Shown here in pieces: positions 28,571 through 36,662 of a DNA stretch of 64,000 nucleotides (within the stretch, counting starts at the first letter, position 1; each line of letters starts with the position of its first letter). Origin of the DNA: a virus (taxonomy: Duplodnaviria; Caudoviricetes); the IMG/VR virus record IMGVR_UViG_3300037743_000134, positions 1 to 64,000 of that record; one strand, 5' to 3'. The position numbers and the translations under genes are program-made. Under the pieces are notes generated by a model that had not been told where the DNA came from, made no database searches, and saw nothing but the letters and a program-made list of their open reading frames with translations.

Positions 28571-28951
28571 ATGAGTGTCGGCGGATCGATCGAATCGGTC
28601 ACGATCAAGGGTCGCACGTTTGCCGTTGCCGCAGACGCGGACGCCGCTCGCCAGCTCGGCGGCGCGTCAGCAGAAGTGCTGGCGAACGGGGACGGAACCG
28701 CGCGCATCGTGAAGACCAAAATTCCGTGGTTGATTAGCGGACTCGCACTCGTCATCAACAACGTGCGCGGCGACCTCGAGTTCCTACAGGAGATCGCCAA
28801 CGGCTCCGTCTTCGTTGCGTGCGACATCACGTTTGCGGACGGCACGACGTATCAGGGCCAAGGCACCGTTACCGGGGAGCTCCAGGCCGGCAGCCAGAAC
28901 GCGACTGCCGAAGTCACGCTCTCAGGCGAAGGTCAGCTCACGAAACAGTGA
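28571..28951 (+). CDS. Tail tube protein
   Basis: Follows the sheath; GGSIES.TI.GR.F.V.AD...GDGT.R...P pattern. Confidence 0.85.
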   Translation: MSVGGSIESVTIKGRTFAVAADADAARQLGGASAEVLANGDGTARIVKTKIPWLISGLALVINNVRGDLEFLQEIANGSVFVACDITFADGTTYQGQGTVTGELQAGSQNATAEVTLSGEGQLTKQ

Positions 28952-28994
28952 TATAACCGTCCCGAAAATGAAGGCGCCGAATGGGCCTCTTACA

Positions 28995-29036
28995 AGCCGT
29001 CGCCGCAACACGCAACCCGTGCCGGCGACGGCTTTT
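28995..29036 (+). terminator. Rho-independent terminator-like hairpin after the tail tube gene
   Basis: AGCCGTCGCCG (28995-29005) / CGGCGACGGCT (29023-29033), 11-bp stem followed by TTTTA. Confidence 0.65.
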
Positions 29037-29046
29037 ATGCATTTGA

Positions 29047-29054
29047 GCTATAAT
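29047..29054 (+). promoter_or_regulatory. -10 box GCTATAAT 8 nt upstream of the HNH start codon
   Basis: Perfect TATAAT at 29049-29054 in GC-rich DNA; GTG at 29063; no Shine-Dalgarno. Confidence 0.6.
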
Positions 29055-29062
29055 TCCGGACG

Positions 29063-29884
29063 GTGAAAGTCTGTCGCAGGGGACATCGGTATGTCGTGCA
29101 ACAGCGGTGCCCGGAGTGTGCGCGGGCGCGGCGCCGCGCGTGGTACGAGCGCAACAAAGAGCGGACTCTTCGGACCAATAAGAAATGGGCAGCCGCAAAC
29201 AAAGCGAAACGGAAAGCGCAACAACGGCGCGAGCACGAGAAAAACGCGGCAGCGTACAAGCGACGCACGCAGGAGTGGCGGCAGAAGAATTCTGAACGAG
29301 AAAAGACGACGCGGCGCCAAAGACGAGCGCGGCTCACATTGAAGCCGCCCGCAAAGAGCGTATGCATACGAGGGCACTCCCGCGTTGTAGGTTTGGATTG
29401 TCCGGAATGTACCAAGTTGCGCATGCGCAAGCGCGGACCGCGCATTCAAGAGCAAGCGAGGCGGACGACCAAAAGGCTTGGCGATATTGACGCGGTGCGC
29501 GCTAAGGAGCGAGCGTGGTACGCGGCGCATCGCGAAGAGAGTTGCGCTTCAGGGCGCGCTTGGCGAAAACGCAATAAAGACAAGACACGGCTAGCGCGAC
29601 AGAGGCGCAGGGCTCGCCTTCGGGGCGCCGGTTCGCCTGGCGTGACGCCTGCCGAATTGGAGGCATTGGTGGAGCAGTTCAATGGCTGCTGCGCGTACTG
29701 CGGAAAGCCCGGCACGACGATCGATCATGTCGTGCCGCTTTCAAAGGGTGGCCGCGACGAAATCGCCAATGTGCTCCCCGCGTGCAAGCCATGCAACTCG
29801 AGCAAGAACAACAGAGACTTATCAGAATGGCTAGCCAGCAAGGGCTACGCGGACCCGCGCGACAAGCATCGATTGAGTGCATAG
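29063..29884 (+). CDS. HNH endonuclease with two CxxGH...CxxC repeats
   Basis: GCCAYCGKPGTTIDHVVPLSKGGRDEIANVLPACKPCNSSK. Confidence 0.9.
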   Translation: MKVCRRGHRYVVQQRCPECARARRRAWYERNKERTLRTNKKWAAANKAKRKAQQRREHEKNAAAYKRRTQEWRQKNSEREKTTRRQRRARLTLKPPAKSVCIRGHSRVVGLDCPECTKLRMRKRGPRIQEQARRTTKRLGDIDAVRAKERAWYAAHREESCASGRAWRKRNKDKTRLARQRRRARLRGAGSPGVTPAELEALVEQFNGCCAYCGKPGTTIDHVVPLSKGGRDEIANVLPACKPCNSSKNNRDLSEWLASKGYADPRDKHRLSA

Positions 29885-29885
29885 C

Positions 29886-30590
29886 GTGATCGTCCTAGCG
29901 GCGCTGGCAACGATACCATCGCGTGCGCACTTGCTGCCGCGTGTGCTCGCCTCGCTGCGCCCACAGGTGGACCGACTGCACGTCTATCTCAACGGCTACG
30001 CCAGCGTCCCTGAGTGCGTACGGGAGCTCGCCGACGAATATGTCCAACATGCGGACAACCGCGGGGCAGAGGCAAAGCTGCACTGGGCAAATACGCACGA
30101 CGGACTTTATTGTTCGTGCGATGACGATCTCGTATACCCACCTCGGTACGTTGCCACAATGGTCGACGCCGTCGCACGGTGGGACGGCCGCGCGATCGTC
30201 AGTGCACACGGGCGCGTGTATCTCGGCGCGCCGAGCGGTTGGCATAACGTCGCACCGAATAGCATCGGCAACGTGCACAAGAACGTTCCATTTGGCCGAT
30301 GGATAAATCACGCCGGCTCGGGCGTCATGACCTGGCAAACGCGGCACGTGCACATACCAAGCGAATTCCCGGAGCGCAATCTCGTGGACGCGCAGATCGC
30401 AACGTGGGCGCAACGCGCGCGCGTGCCCATGTGGCTCGTACCGCATCCGGCGCGTTGGTTGCAAGCGCTCGCCTACCTCGACGCTAAGGGAATCTTCAAA
30501 CAGTCGCAGCTCGATGGTCACAAGCGGCGCTCCGAGATCATTCGACGCCACGGCGTCGAGCACGGCTGGCAATTGTACGAGCTAACGTGA
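29886..30590 (+). CDS. GT-A fold glycosyltransferase
   Basis: ATIPSR...SLRPQVDRL.VYLN and DxD motif in SCDDDLVYP. Confidence 0.8.
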   Translation: MIVLAALATIPSRAHLLPRVLASLRPQVDRLHVYLNGYASVPECVRELADEYVQHADNRGAEAKLHWANTHDGLYCSCDDDLVYPPRYVATMVDAVARWDGRAIVSAHGRVYLGAPSGWHNVAPNSIGNVHKNVPFGRWINHAGSGVMTWQTRHVHIPSEFPERNLVDAQIATWAQRARVPMWLVPHPARWLQALAYLDAKGIFKQSQLDGHKRRSEIIRRHGVEHGWQLYELT

Positions 30591-31867
30591 CGCTACAGCG
30601 CTGGGATGTAATCAATGAGCTGCTCGGTCTGACGACTGAGAGGCGCTACCTCGAGATCGGCGTGCAGCGCGGCATCTGCGGGCGCAAAGTGCGTGCGCCA
30701 GAAAAGTGGGGCGTCGATCCTGATTACGCATCGAGCGCGACGCCCTACTACACGCGTATGGCGCGGCTCACTTCGGATGCATTCTTTGCTCAGCTAGACC
30801 CGCAGCAGCGCTTCGACGTTGTGCTCGTCGACGGATTGCACCACGCGGACCAGGTCTTACGCGACGTCGACAACGTGCTGGCGCATCTGGCGCCGGGCGG
30901 GTTCATTGTCTTGCACGATTGCAACCCGCTCAGCGAGATAGCTCAGCGGGTGCCGCGCGCAACTGGCGTGTGGAATGGCGATTGCTGGAAAGCTATGGTT
31001 GCGCTGCGGCAACGTGGCGACGTCGAAGCGTTCACGGTCGACACGGACCACGGCGTCGGTATCGTGCGCAAACAAGCGAACCCCGGGCCGCTCCGGGACG
31101 TGCCGGCAGAGCTGACTTATGTCGTGTTCGAGGCGGACCGAGAACGATTGATTGGTCTCGTTGCTCCGCAGAGCTGGCGCGAGAGACTTGGCACGTGCTC
31201 GGGACTTGGGCGTGTCGTTGTGGTGTCAGCGATCCTTGGCCGCCGCGACGACGGGTGCGAGCTGCCCAAGGCGCACGACGTCGACGACTACGTAATGTTT
31301 TCGGACGGGCCTCCGCCAGCAGGCTGGCGCCACGTAGCGACGCATGCGGGCGCGGACGCGCGCGCGACAGCTCGACGAATCAAAACTCTGGCGCTGGAGC
31401 TTGAGCAAATCGCCGACGCCGACGTGGTTGTGTGGATCGACGGACGCATCAGGCCCACGGGCAGAGCGCTGCGGCCGCTGCTACGCGAGGCTTTGCGAGA
31501 ATCTGACATCGCCTCATTCCCTCACCCCTGGCGCAATTGTGCGTACGCCGAGGCCCGCGAATGCGCCAGGCTTGGCCGTGCGCCAGTAGAAGCGCTGCAC
31601 CGGCAGACGGCGGCGTACGAAGCCGAGGGCTTTCCGCGTGACGCCGGCCTGTGGAACACGATGGCCCTGGCCCGCAGGCGCACGCCTGCGATGATTGAAT
31701 TCGGCCGTGCATGGTGGGCCGAGATCGAGCGGCACACGCAACGCGATCAGGTGTCGCTGCCTTATCTGCTTTGGCGACATGGCATCACGTGCGGACGGCT
31801 CGGGAAGGACATCTACCGCAAACAGTCGAATCCGTATTTCGAGCGCGGACAGCATCGGCATGCGTGA
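30587..31867 (+). CDS. Fusion of class I SAM methyltransferase (Methyltransf_24-like) and DUF616-like glycosyltransferase
   Basis: YLEIGVQRG, FDVVLVDGLH, GGFIVLHDCNP; C-terminal VWIDGR, HPWRNCAYAEA, WWAEI....RDQVSLPYLLW. Confidence 0.85.
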   Translation: MTLQRWDVINELLGLTTERRYLEIGVQRGICGRKVRAPEKWGVDPDYASSATPYYTRMARLTSDAFFAQLDPQQRFDVVLVDGLHHADQVLRDVDNVLAHLAPGGFIVLHDCNPLSEIAQRVPRATGVWNGDCWKAMVALRQRGDVEAFTVDTDHGVGIVRKQANPGPLRDVPAELTYVVFEADRERLIGLVAPQSWRERLGTCSGLGRVVVVSAILGRRDDGCELPKAHDVDDYVMFSDGPPPAGWRHVATHAGADARATARRIKTLALELEQIADADVVVWIDGRIRPTGRALRPLLREALRESDIASFPHPWRNCAYAEARECARLGRAPVEALHRQTAAYEAEGFPRDAGLWNTMALARRRTPAMIEFGRAWWAEIERHTQRDQVSLPYLLWRHGITCGRLGKDIYRKQSNPYFERGQHRHA

Positions 31868-32816
31868 GATTTTCAAAGCGAGTCTCGCTGCGCTTACGGA
31901 ACCGATCCGCGGACTTCGCGTTTTACTTTTCGGTTTCTCGGGTCCCGGGTTTCCTGGTGGCAACGGGCGAATCGAAGCAGTCGACTGGCTGCCGCAAGCC
32001 GGGCTCGAAGTTACCTACTCGAACGAGCTAGATCCCGAGCTCGAAGAAAAGCTGTCACGCCACTACGACGTTTCGGTCATCTGCAACACGCGAGCCGGAG
32101 CCGTGCTCGGATACGATCGGCGCGTCTGGACGAGCGCCACCGAGTCCGTGTGGTGGTTTTGGGATTTGCGCAACGGGGAAGTCGGAGCTCCACTCCGCGG
32201 CCGACCGCGGCATGTCTTTCTGTCGTACAACGGGCGCTGGACGTCACCGTCCGGCACCGTCTACGAGCCGCGACAATGGGCCCATGCGCTCGGCGCTGCG
32301 GTCCACTACTGCCCGCAGGGTGCACCGCTTCGCGAGCCCGTGACAGTGCCGGACGCGCCGCGCGTCCTATTCGTGGGCGACCTCGCGAATTCAACATACC
32401 ATCGCGGCCGGCGTGAGATGTGCTCGGCATTGGGCGCCAAGGTTCTGAACGCGCGCGACCGCAACGCGCGGCTCGCCATTGAGGCGCAGATGCCGGGCCT
32501 CTATTCGAGCTCGCGATATTGCCTGAGCATGTCGCCGCTCGCGCCTGGGTACACGAGTGTCCGCTCGTATTCGATTCTCGCATGCGGCGGGCTGATGCTG
32601 CTCCACCGGTTTCCCGGAGCTGACGAGATTTTCTCGGACGGTGAAAACGTGATCCTGTTTGACACCGCCGAGGAAGCGATCGCTCGGGCAGCTGGCCTGG
32701 ACGCCGACCCGGAGGAACGGGTGCGCATCGCAGCGGCAGGTAGATTGCTCCACGCGACGCGCCACACCGTCGCGCATCGAATCATTTCGATCTGCCGAGA
32801 GGTCACGGGTTGCTGA
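31860..32816 (+). CDS. GT-B glycosyltransferase (CgeB / Glycos_transf_1_2-like)
   Basis: C-terminal YTSVRSYSILACGGLML....FSDGENVILFD...R.RIAAAG...HT..HR. Confidence 0.85.
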   Translation: MREIFKASLAALTEPIRGLRVLLFGFSGPGFPGGNGRIEAVDWLPQAGLEVTYSNELDPELEEKLSRHYDVSVICNTRAGAVLGYDRRVWTSATESVWWFWDLRNGEVGAPLRGRPRHVFLSYNGRWTSPSGTVYEPRQWAHALGAAVHYCPQGAPLREPVTVPDAPRVLFVGDLANSTYHRGRREMCSALGAKVLNARDRNARLAIEAQMPGLYSSSRYCLSMSPLAPGYTSVRSYSILACGGLMLLHRFPGADEIFSDGENVILFDTAEEAIARAAGLDADPEERVRIAAAGRLLHATRHTVAHRIISICREVTGC

Positions 32817-33451
32817 CCGTTGCGACGGCGATCTTCGGTCCTGACTATGAGCTACACGAGCCGCTACATTCCTGGCCGGGGTGCCGTTTCGTTTGCTTTA
32901 CCGATCGCCACGATCTGCGAGCGCGTGCGTGGAAAATCGTCATCCAGACACATGAGCTCACGCCACGCCGGAGCAATCGTCACATCAAGGCGTTGCTTCA
33001 TCGGTACGTCACGGGACCAACCCTCTACCTCGATGCCGAATTTCAAATCACCGAAGACCCGCGCCCGTGGGTCAACGCCGCGCTGAGCCGACACTGCTGG
33101 GCAGCAACGCGGCACCCGCAGCGCGACTGTCTTTTCTCCGAGGCACGTTACTGCTTGCGGAAGAAATGCACGAGTTCGCCGGTCGAGCTGGCCGCGCAGA
33201 TTCAACGCTACCGACTTGCCGGAATGCCGGAGCGTTTCGGACTCTGGGCGGGCGGCATCCTGGCCCGGCGCGGCGATCATCAGAGTGAGCAGATCGGCGA
33301 AACGTGGTGGAACGAAATCAGCCACGGCGCCGAACGTGATCAGATCAGTCTGCCATTTGTAGCGTGGTGTCTCGGGCTGCACCCGGCAGATATCCCGGGC
33401 GCCTACACATCGTTGCCCGGCGTGCTCAGGAAAAAGCGTGCAGCCAAGTAA
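32810..33451 (+). CDS. DUF616-like glycosyltransferase
   Basis: TAIFGP.Y, FVCFTD, YLDA, RHPQRDCLFSEA, WWNEI....RDQISLPFVAW. Confidence 0.82.
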   Translation: MLTVATAIFGPDYELHEPLHSWPGCRFVCFTDRHDLRARAWKIVIQTHELTPRRSNRHIKALLHRYVTGPTLYLDAEFQITEDPRPWVNAALSRHCWAATRHPQRDCLFSEARYCLRKKCTSSPVELAAQIQRYRLAGMPERFGLWAGGILARRGDHQSEQIGETWWNEISHGAERDQISLPFVAWCLGLHPADIPGAYTSLPGVLRKKRAAK

Positions 33452-33993
33452 TGGACTTTGACAAGTACCGCCGGCTCGGCGACTACCATTGGCGCGAGTA
33501 TGCGCGGCCGACCGTATATCGCGCGTACGTGGACGGCCTGCGCGACTGGGTCAAGGGCTCGGCGATTCTGGACGTGGGCGCAGGCGACGGACTGATTGCG
33601 TACGTAATCGGCGCCACAGGGATCGAACTAGACCCGATCGCGGTAGCGCTCGCGCGGTCTCACGCGGTCGACGTAATCAAGGGCGACGCGGGCGCGTTAC
33701 CGTTTCCCGCCGCGTCATTCGATACGGTCTTTCTCGGCGACGTAATTGAGCACCTCGAAGACCCGCTGCCCGCACTGCTCGAGGCGCGGCGCGTGCTGCG
33801 CAACGACGGGACGCTCTACGTCACAACGCCCCCCGAGCACACGCCGGTGCGCCCATACCACTATCGGGAATATACGCCGGACTCGTTACGCGAAACCGTC
33901 GAGCCGCTGGGGTTCGAACTCAGTGCGCCGATGTTCACGCGACACGATCGCATCCACGCAGCATTTAGCAAGACGTCCCATGCCGTTCGGTGA
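33451..33993 (+). CDS. Class I SAM-dependent methyltransferase
   Basis: ILDVGAGDG, GIELD, GDAGALPF...SFDTV...VIEHL, GTLYVTTP. Confidence 0.92.
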   Translation: MDFDKYRRLGDYHWREYARPTVYRAYVDGLRDWVKGSAILDVGAGDGLIAYVIGATGIELDPIAVALARSHAVDVIKGDAGALPFPAASFDTVFLGDVIEHLEDPLPALLEARRVLRNDGTLYVTTPPEHTPVRPYHYREYTPDSLRETVEPLGFELSAPMFTRHDRIHAAFSKTSHAVR

Positions 33994-34576
33994 CAACTGG
34001 CGCAAACAGGGTCCCGAATATTGGGACGCGATGGCCGCGCGCTGCGCCGACCTGCCGTTTAATGATCTGCTTAGGTCCGAAGTCCTTGTGTGCGGATCTC
34101 TCATCGAGATCGGCTGTGGCGGCGGACACCTAGCGCAGGCGTTATTCGCGGCCGGCTACCACGGCACGTATTGGGGCTGCGACATCTCGCCGGCCGCAGT
34201 CCAAGCGGCGCGCGCACGACTCGGCCCGGACGCTATCGTAGCTGTCGGTCAGTTCGAGCAGCTCTCTTGGATAGACACAGTCCCGCGCGCGGAGCTCGTC
34301 ATAGCCCGGAGCGTCATTCAGCATCAGGAGCACTGGTTGCCGTTGGTCGATGCTGCGCTACGACATGCGCCGCGCGTTGTTCTCGGCGTCAGCCGGGCGA
34401 TCTACTTCAAGCCGACCGGCGAGCACTACGTGCAGAAGCGCGGCTCGTTCTTCGACGTGTGCATTTCGCTCGAAGCAATGGAGCGCGAGGCATCACAAGC
34501 GGGCATCGCGTGCAGCTTCCGTCATGTCGACGGACGGCGCGGACCCGAAGTCGTGATCGCGCTTACGAGGGCGTAG
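33980..34576 (+). CDS. Class I SAM-dependent methyltransferase
   Basis: LIEIGCGGG and YWGCDISPAAV. Confidence 0.85.
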   Translation: MPFGDNWRKQGPEYWDAMAARCADLPFNDLLRSEVLVCGSLIEIGCGGGHLAQALFAAGYHGTYWGCDISPAAVQAARARLGPDAIVAVGQFEQLSWIDTVPRAELVIARSVIQHQEHWLPLVDAALRHAPRVVLGVSRAIYFKPTGEHYVQKRGSFFDVCISLEAMEREASQAGIACSFRHVDGRRGPEVVIALTRA

Positions 34577-34605
34577 CGCGTGGCACTCGTGCTAGAATAC
34601 ACGAC

Positions 34606-35457
34606 GTGAAGCGGGCACCCAGAAGCGAAGAGCAAAAGCAGCGGGATCGCGAGTGTGCAAAGCGCTGGAAAGAACGTAACAAGGGTAGAGCAAAGGCTGC
34701 TCGGAGACGCTGGGTGCTAGCAAACCCAGAAAAGGTAAGAGCACAGAAGCGGCGATGGTATGCGCGGCACCGCGAGGAATGCCTGGCCTACCTAAAGAAA
34801 CGCTACGCTGCGGTTCCCGAAAAAATCAAAGAGAGTGTCCGACGCACCCGGGCGAGCAAGCTGAAGAGGGCGAAGGCGCGCAAGCATCTGGAGAAGAGGC
34901 GCGCGTGGCGAGACAAGAACCGCGAAAAAATACGAGCGCAGCAGCGCGCACGTTACGCAGCGAATCCGGCGAAGTACAAAGCTCAGCAACGGGCAATGCA
35001 TGCCGCACATCCGGAACGGAAACGCTATGCGGCCAAGATGTACAACGCGGCAAACAGCGAGCGCAAAAAGGCATATTACAGGGAATACAATTCCAAGCAC
35101 GCCGCGAAAAAATCGCGGGCATCGTTGCTGTGGCAGCACGCGAATCCTGAAAAAGCCAGGCTACAAAAGAAGCGTGCCATTCATAAAAGGCGAGCTCTGC
35201 TGAGAGATTCAGGGTCCACCGGCTTCACATCGGCGCAGTGGTTATCACTGGTGGAGCGCTTCGGTGGATGCTGCGCTTACTGCGGGAAACCTGGAACCAC
35301 CATCGATCACGTTGTACCCATCGCGGCCGGCGGACGCGACGAGATCAGCAATGTTCTTCCCGCATGCAAAAGCTGCAACGCGAGCAAGGGAAACAAGGTC
35401 CTGGCAATATGGCTTGCACAGAAAGGCTACGTGGACCCACGTAGCAAAGCAGCGTAA
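34606..35457 (+). CDS. HNH endonuclease, paralogue of 29063-29884 (start GTG 34606)
   Basis: GCCAYCGKPGTTIDHVVPIAAGGRDEISNVLPACKSCNASK; TGCTAGAAT 7 nt upstream of the start. Confidence 0.9.
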   Translation: MKRAPRSEEQKQRDRECAKRWKERNKGRAKAARRRWVLANPEKVRAQKRRWYARHREECLAYLKKRYAAVPEKIKESVRRTRASKLKRAKARKHLEKRRAWRDKNREKIRAQQRARYAANPAKYKAQQRAMHAAHPERKRYAAKMYNAANSERKKAYYREYNSKHAAKKSRASLLWQHANPEKARLQKKRAIHKRRALLRDSGSTGFTSAQWLSLVERFGGCCAYCGKPGTTIDHVVPIAAGGRDEISNVLPACKSCNASKGNKVLAIWLAQKGYVDPRSKAA

Positions 35458-35459
35458 GC

Positions 35460-36002
35460 ATGTTAGTGACGGCCGTTCCGTTTGATGTCGAGCGCAACTT
35501 AGGCAGAGCCTACAACCAAACCATGGCCCGTCTGCTGCCGGGCGATTGGCTCTGCGGGATCGACCACGACGTCGCATTCACGACAAAAGACTGGTTTCCG
35601 CAACTGCTCACGGCCATCGAATCGAAGCCCGACGCCGGCTTGATTACTGCGGTTACCAATCGCATAGGGCGCCGAGAACAGGTCGTTCCGGGTGCGCCGG
35701 CTGGTCACGACATGCTTGAGCATCGAGCATTCGGAGCCGCACAGCGCGACCGTTACGGTGCAGCACTAGAGGATATTACGGACGGTCCTGTCATCAGCGG
35801 CCTTCTGATGTGTTTGTCGCAACAGACGTGGCGCGCAATGGGCGGCTTCGCCGATGGGATGATGGGCGTCGACAACGAAGCCCATCGCAGTGTCCGCCGG
35901 ATAGGTAAGCGCGTTTACCTCATGCGGGGTCTCTATCTCTGGCATCTTTATCGCGCGGACGGCATCGGTCACACAAACGCACCGCGCGCGAAACGTAAGT
36001 AA
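35460..36002 (+). CDS. GT-A fold (family 2-like) glycosyltransferase
   Basis: NLGRAYN..M, DxD motif in IDHDVAF, ISGLLMCLS..TW...GGFADG..GVDN. Confidence 0.8.
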   Translation: MLVTAVPFDVERNLGRAYNQTMARLLPGDWLCGIDHDVAFTTKDWFPQLLTAIESKPDAGLITAVTNRIGRREQVVPGAPAGHDMLEHRAFGAAQRDRYGAALEDITDGPVISGLLMCLSQQTWRAMGGFADGMMGVDNEAHRSVRRIGKRVYLMRGLYLWHLYRADGIGHTNAPRAKRK

Positions 36003-36015
36003 AGGCAGGGCAACA

Positions 36016-36432
36016 ATGGCAGGCAAGGTAGTCGCCACGGAAGTGGCGGAGCAGGAGTTCGCGCGCTTTCTCGAGGCAATGGATCTCGCGGAGAAGTGCG
36101 ACGCGAAAGGCCTCGACGTCGAGGACGCGAAGTCTCTCACCGACGTGAAGCGCACGATCATCAGCGCAATGGAGCGCGGCAATCTCGTGGTCGACGACAA
36201 GGGCCAGCCGGTCTACACGCCGAAGGCTGGCGACAACCGAAACCCGATCACGTTTCACGAGCCGACGGGCGCCGACCTCATGGCGATCGATCAAGCCAAG
36301 AAGAGCGAGGACATGAAGCGCGCGTTTCAGTTACTCGGCGCGGTCACAGGCGAAACGCCAGCGCGATTCGCGAAGATGCTCAACCGTGACATCGTCGTCT
36401 GTCAGGCAATCTTCGCACTTTTTTTAGGCTAG
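36016..36432 (+). CDS. Tail assembly chaperone (G-like)
   Basis: Immediately precedes a slippery site and the tape measure gene. Confidence 0.8.
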   Translation: MAGKVVATEVAEQEFARFLEAMDLAEKCDAKGLDVEDAKSLTDVKRTIISAMERGNLVVDDKGQPVYTPKAGDNRNPITFHEPTGADLMAIDQAKKSEDMKRAFQLLGAVTGETPARFAKMLNRDIVVCQAIFALFLG

Positions 36433-36659
36433 AGGTCCGCACGCTGCTCGTGCGCGGCGGCTATGACTGGAAGCTCGAGCCGCACCGCGAGACCGGCGTA
36501 GCGACGCACACGCTGCCGAATGTCTACGGCGAGATGATGCTCCAGGTCTGCTCGGACTATCCCAACGCGCCGCCAGCGCGGACGATGACGCTGAGCGAGA
36601 TACGGTTTTTCTACGAGGGCTTGCGCGCAGGTTTGCGCAAGACAACAAAGCCAAAGTGA
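36420..36659 (+). other. Programmed -1 frameshift (T TTT TTA, 36420-36426) giving a GT-like extended chaperone ending at 36659
   Basis: Heptamer lies two codons before the G stop; the -1 frame is open to 36659. Confidence 0.85.
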
Positions 36660-36662
36660 CGC

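Noticed and set aside
17565-28845. Long minus-strand ORFs opposite the terminase, capsid and sheath genes (e.g. 17565-18650, 23295-24107, 27353-28159, 28099-28845)
   Set aside because: Antisense shadows expected from high GC3 coding sequence; Arg/Ala-rich, no motifs or RBS
19599-35457. Group I introns or inteins hosting the HNH genes
   Set aside because: Flanking genes have complete ends, HNH ORFs are free-standing with only a few intergenic bases, and there is no room for intron core structure or intein motifs
29886-36002. DNA hypermodification (base glycosylation) pathway
   Set aside because: No hydroxymethylase, thymidylate-synthase-like, TET/JBP, kinase or nucleotide-pool genes, and the block lies in the tail module rather than the replication region; not excluded but unsupported
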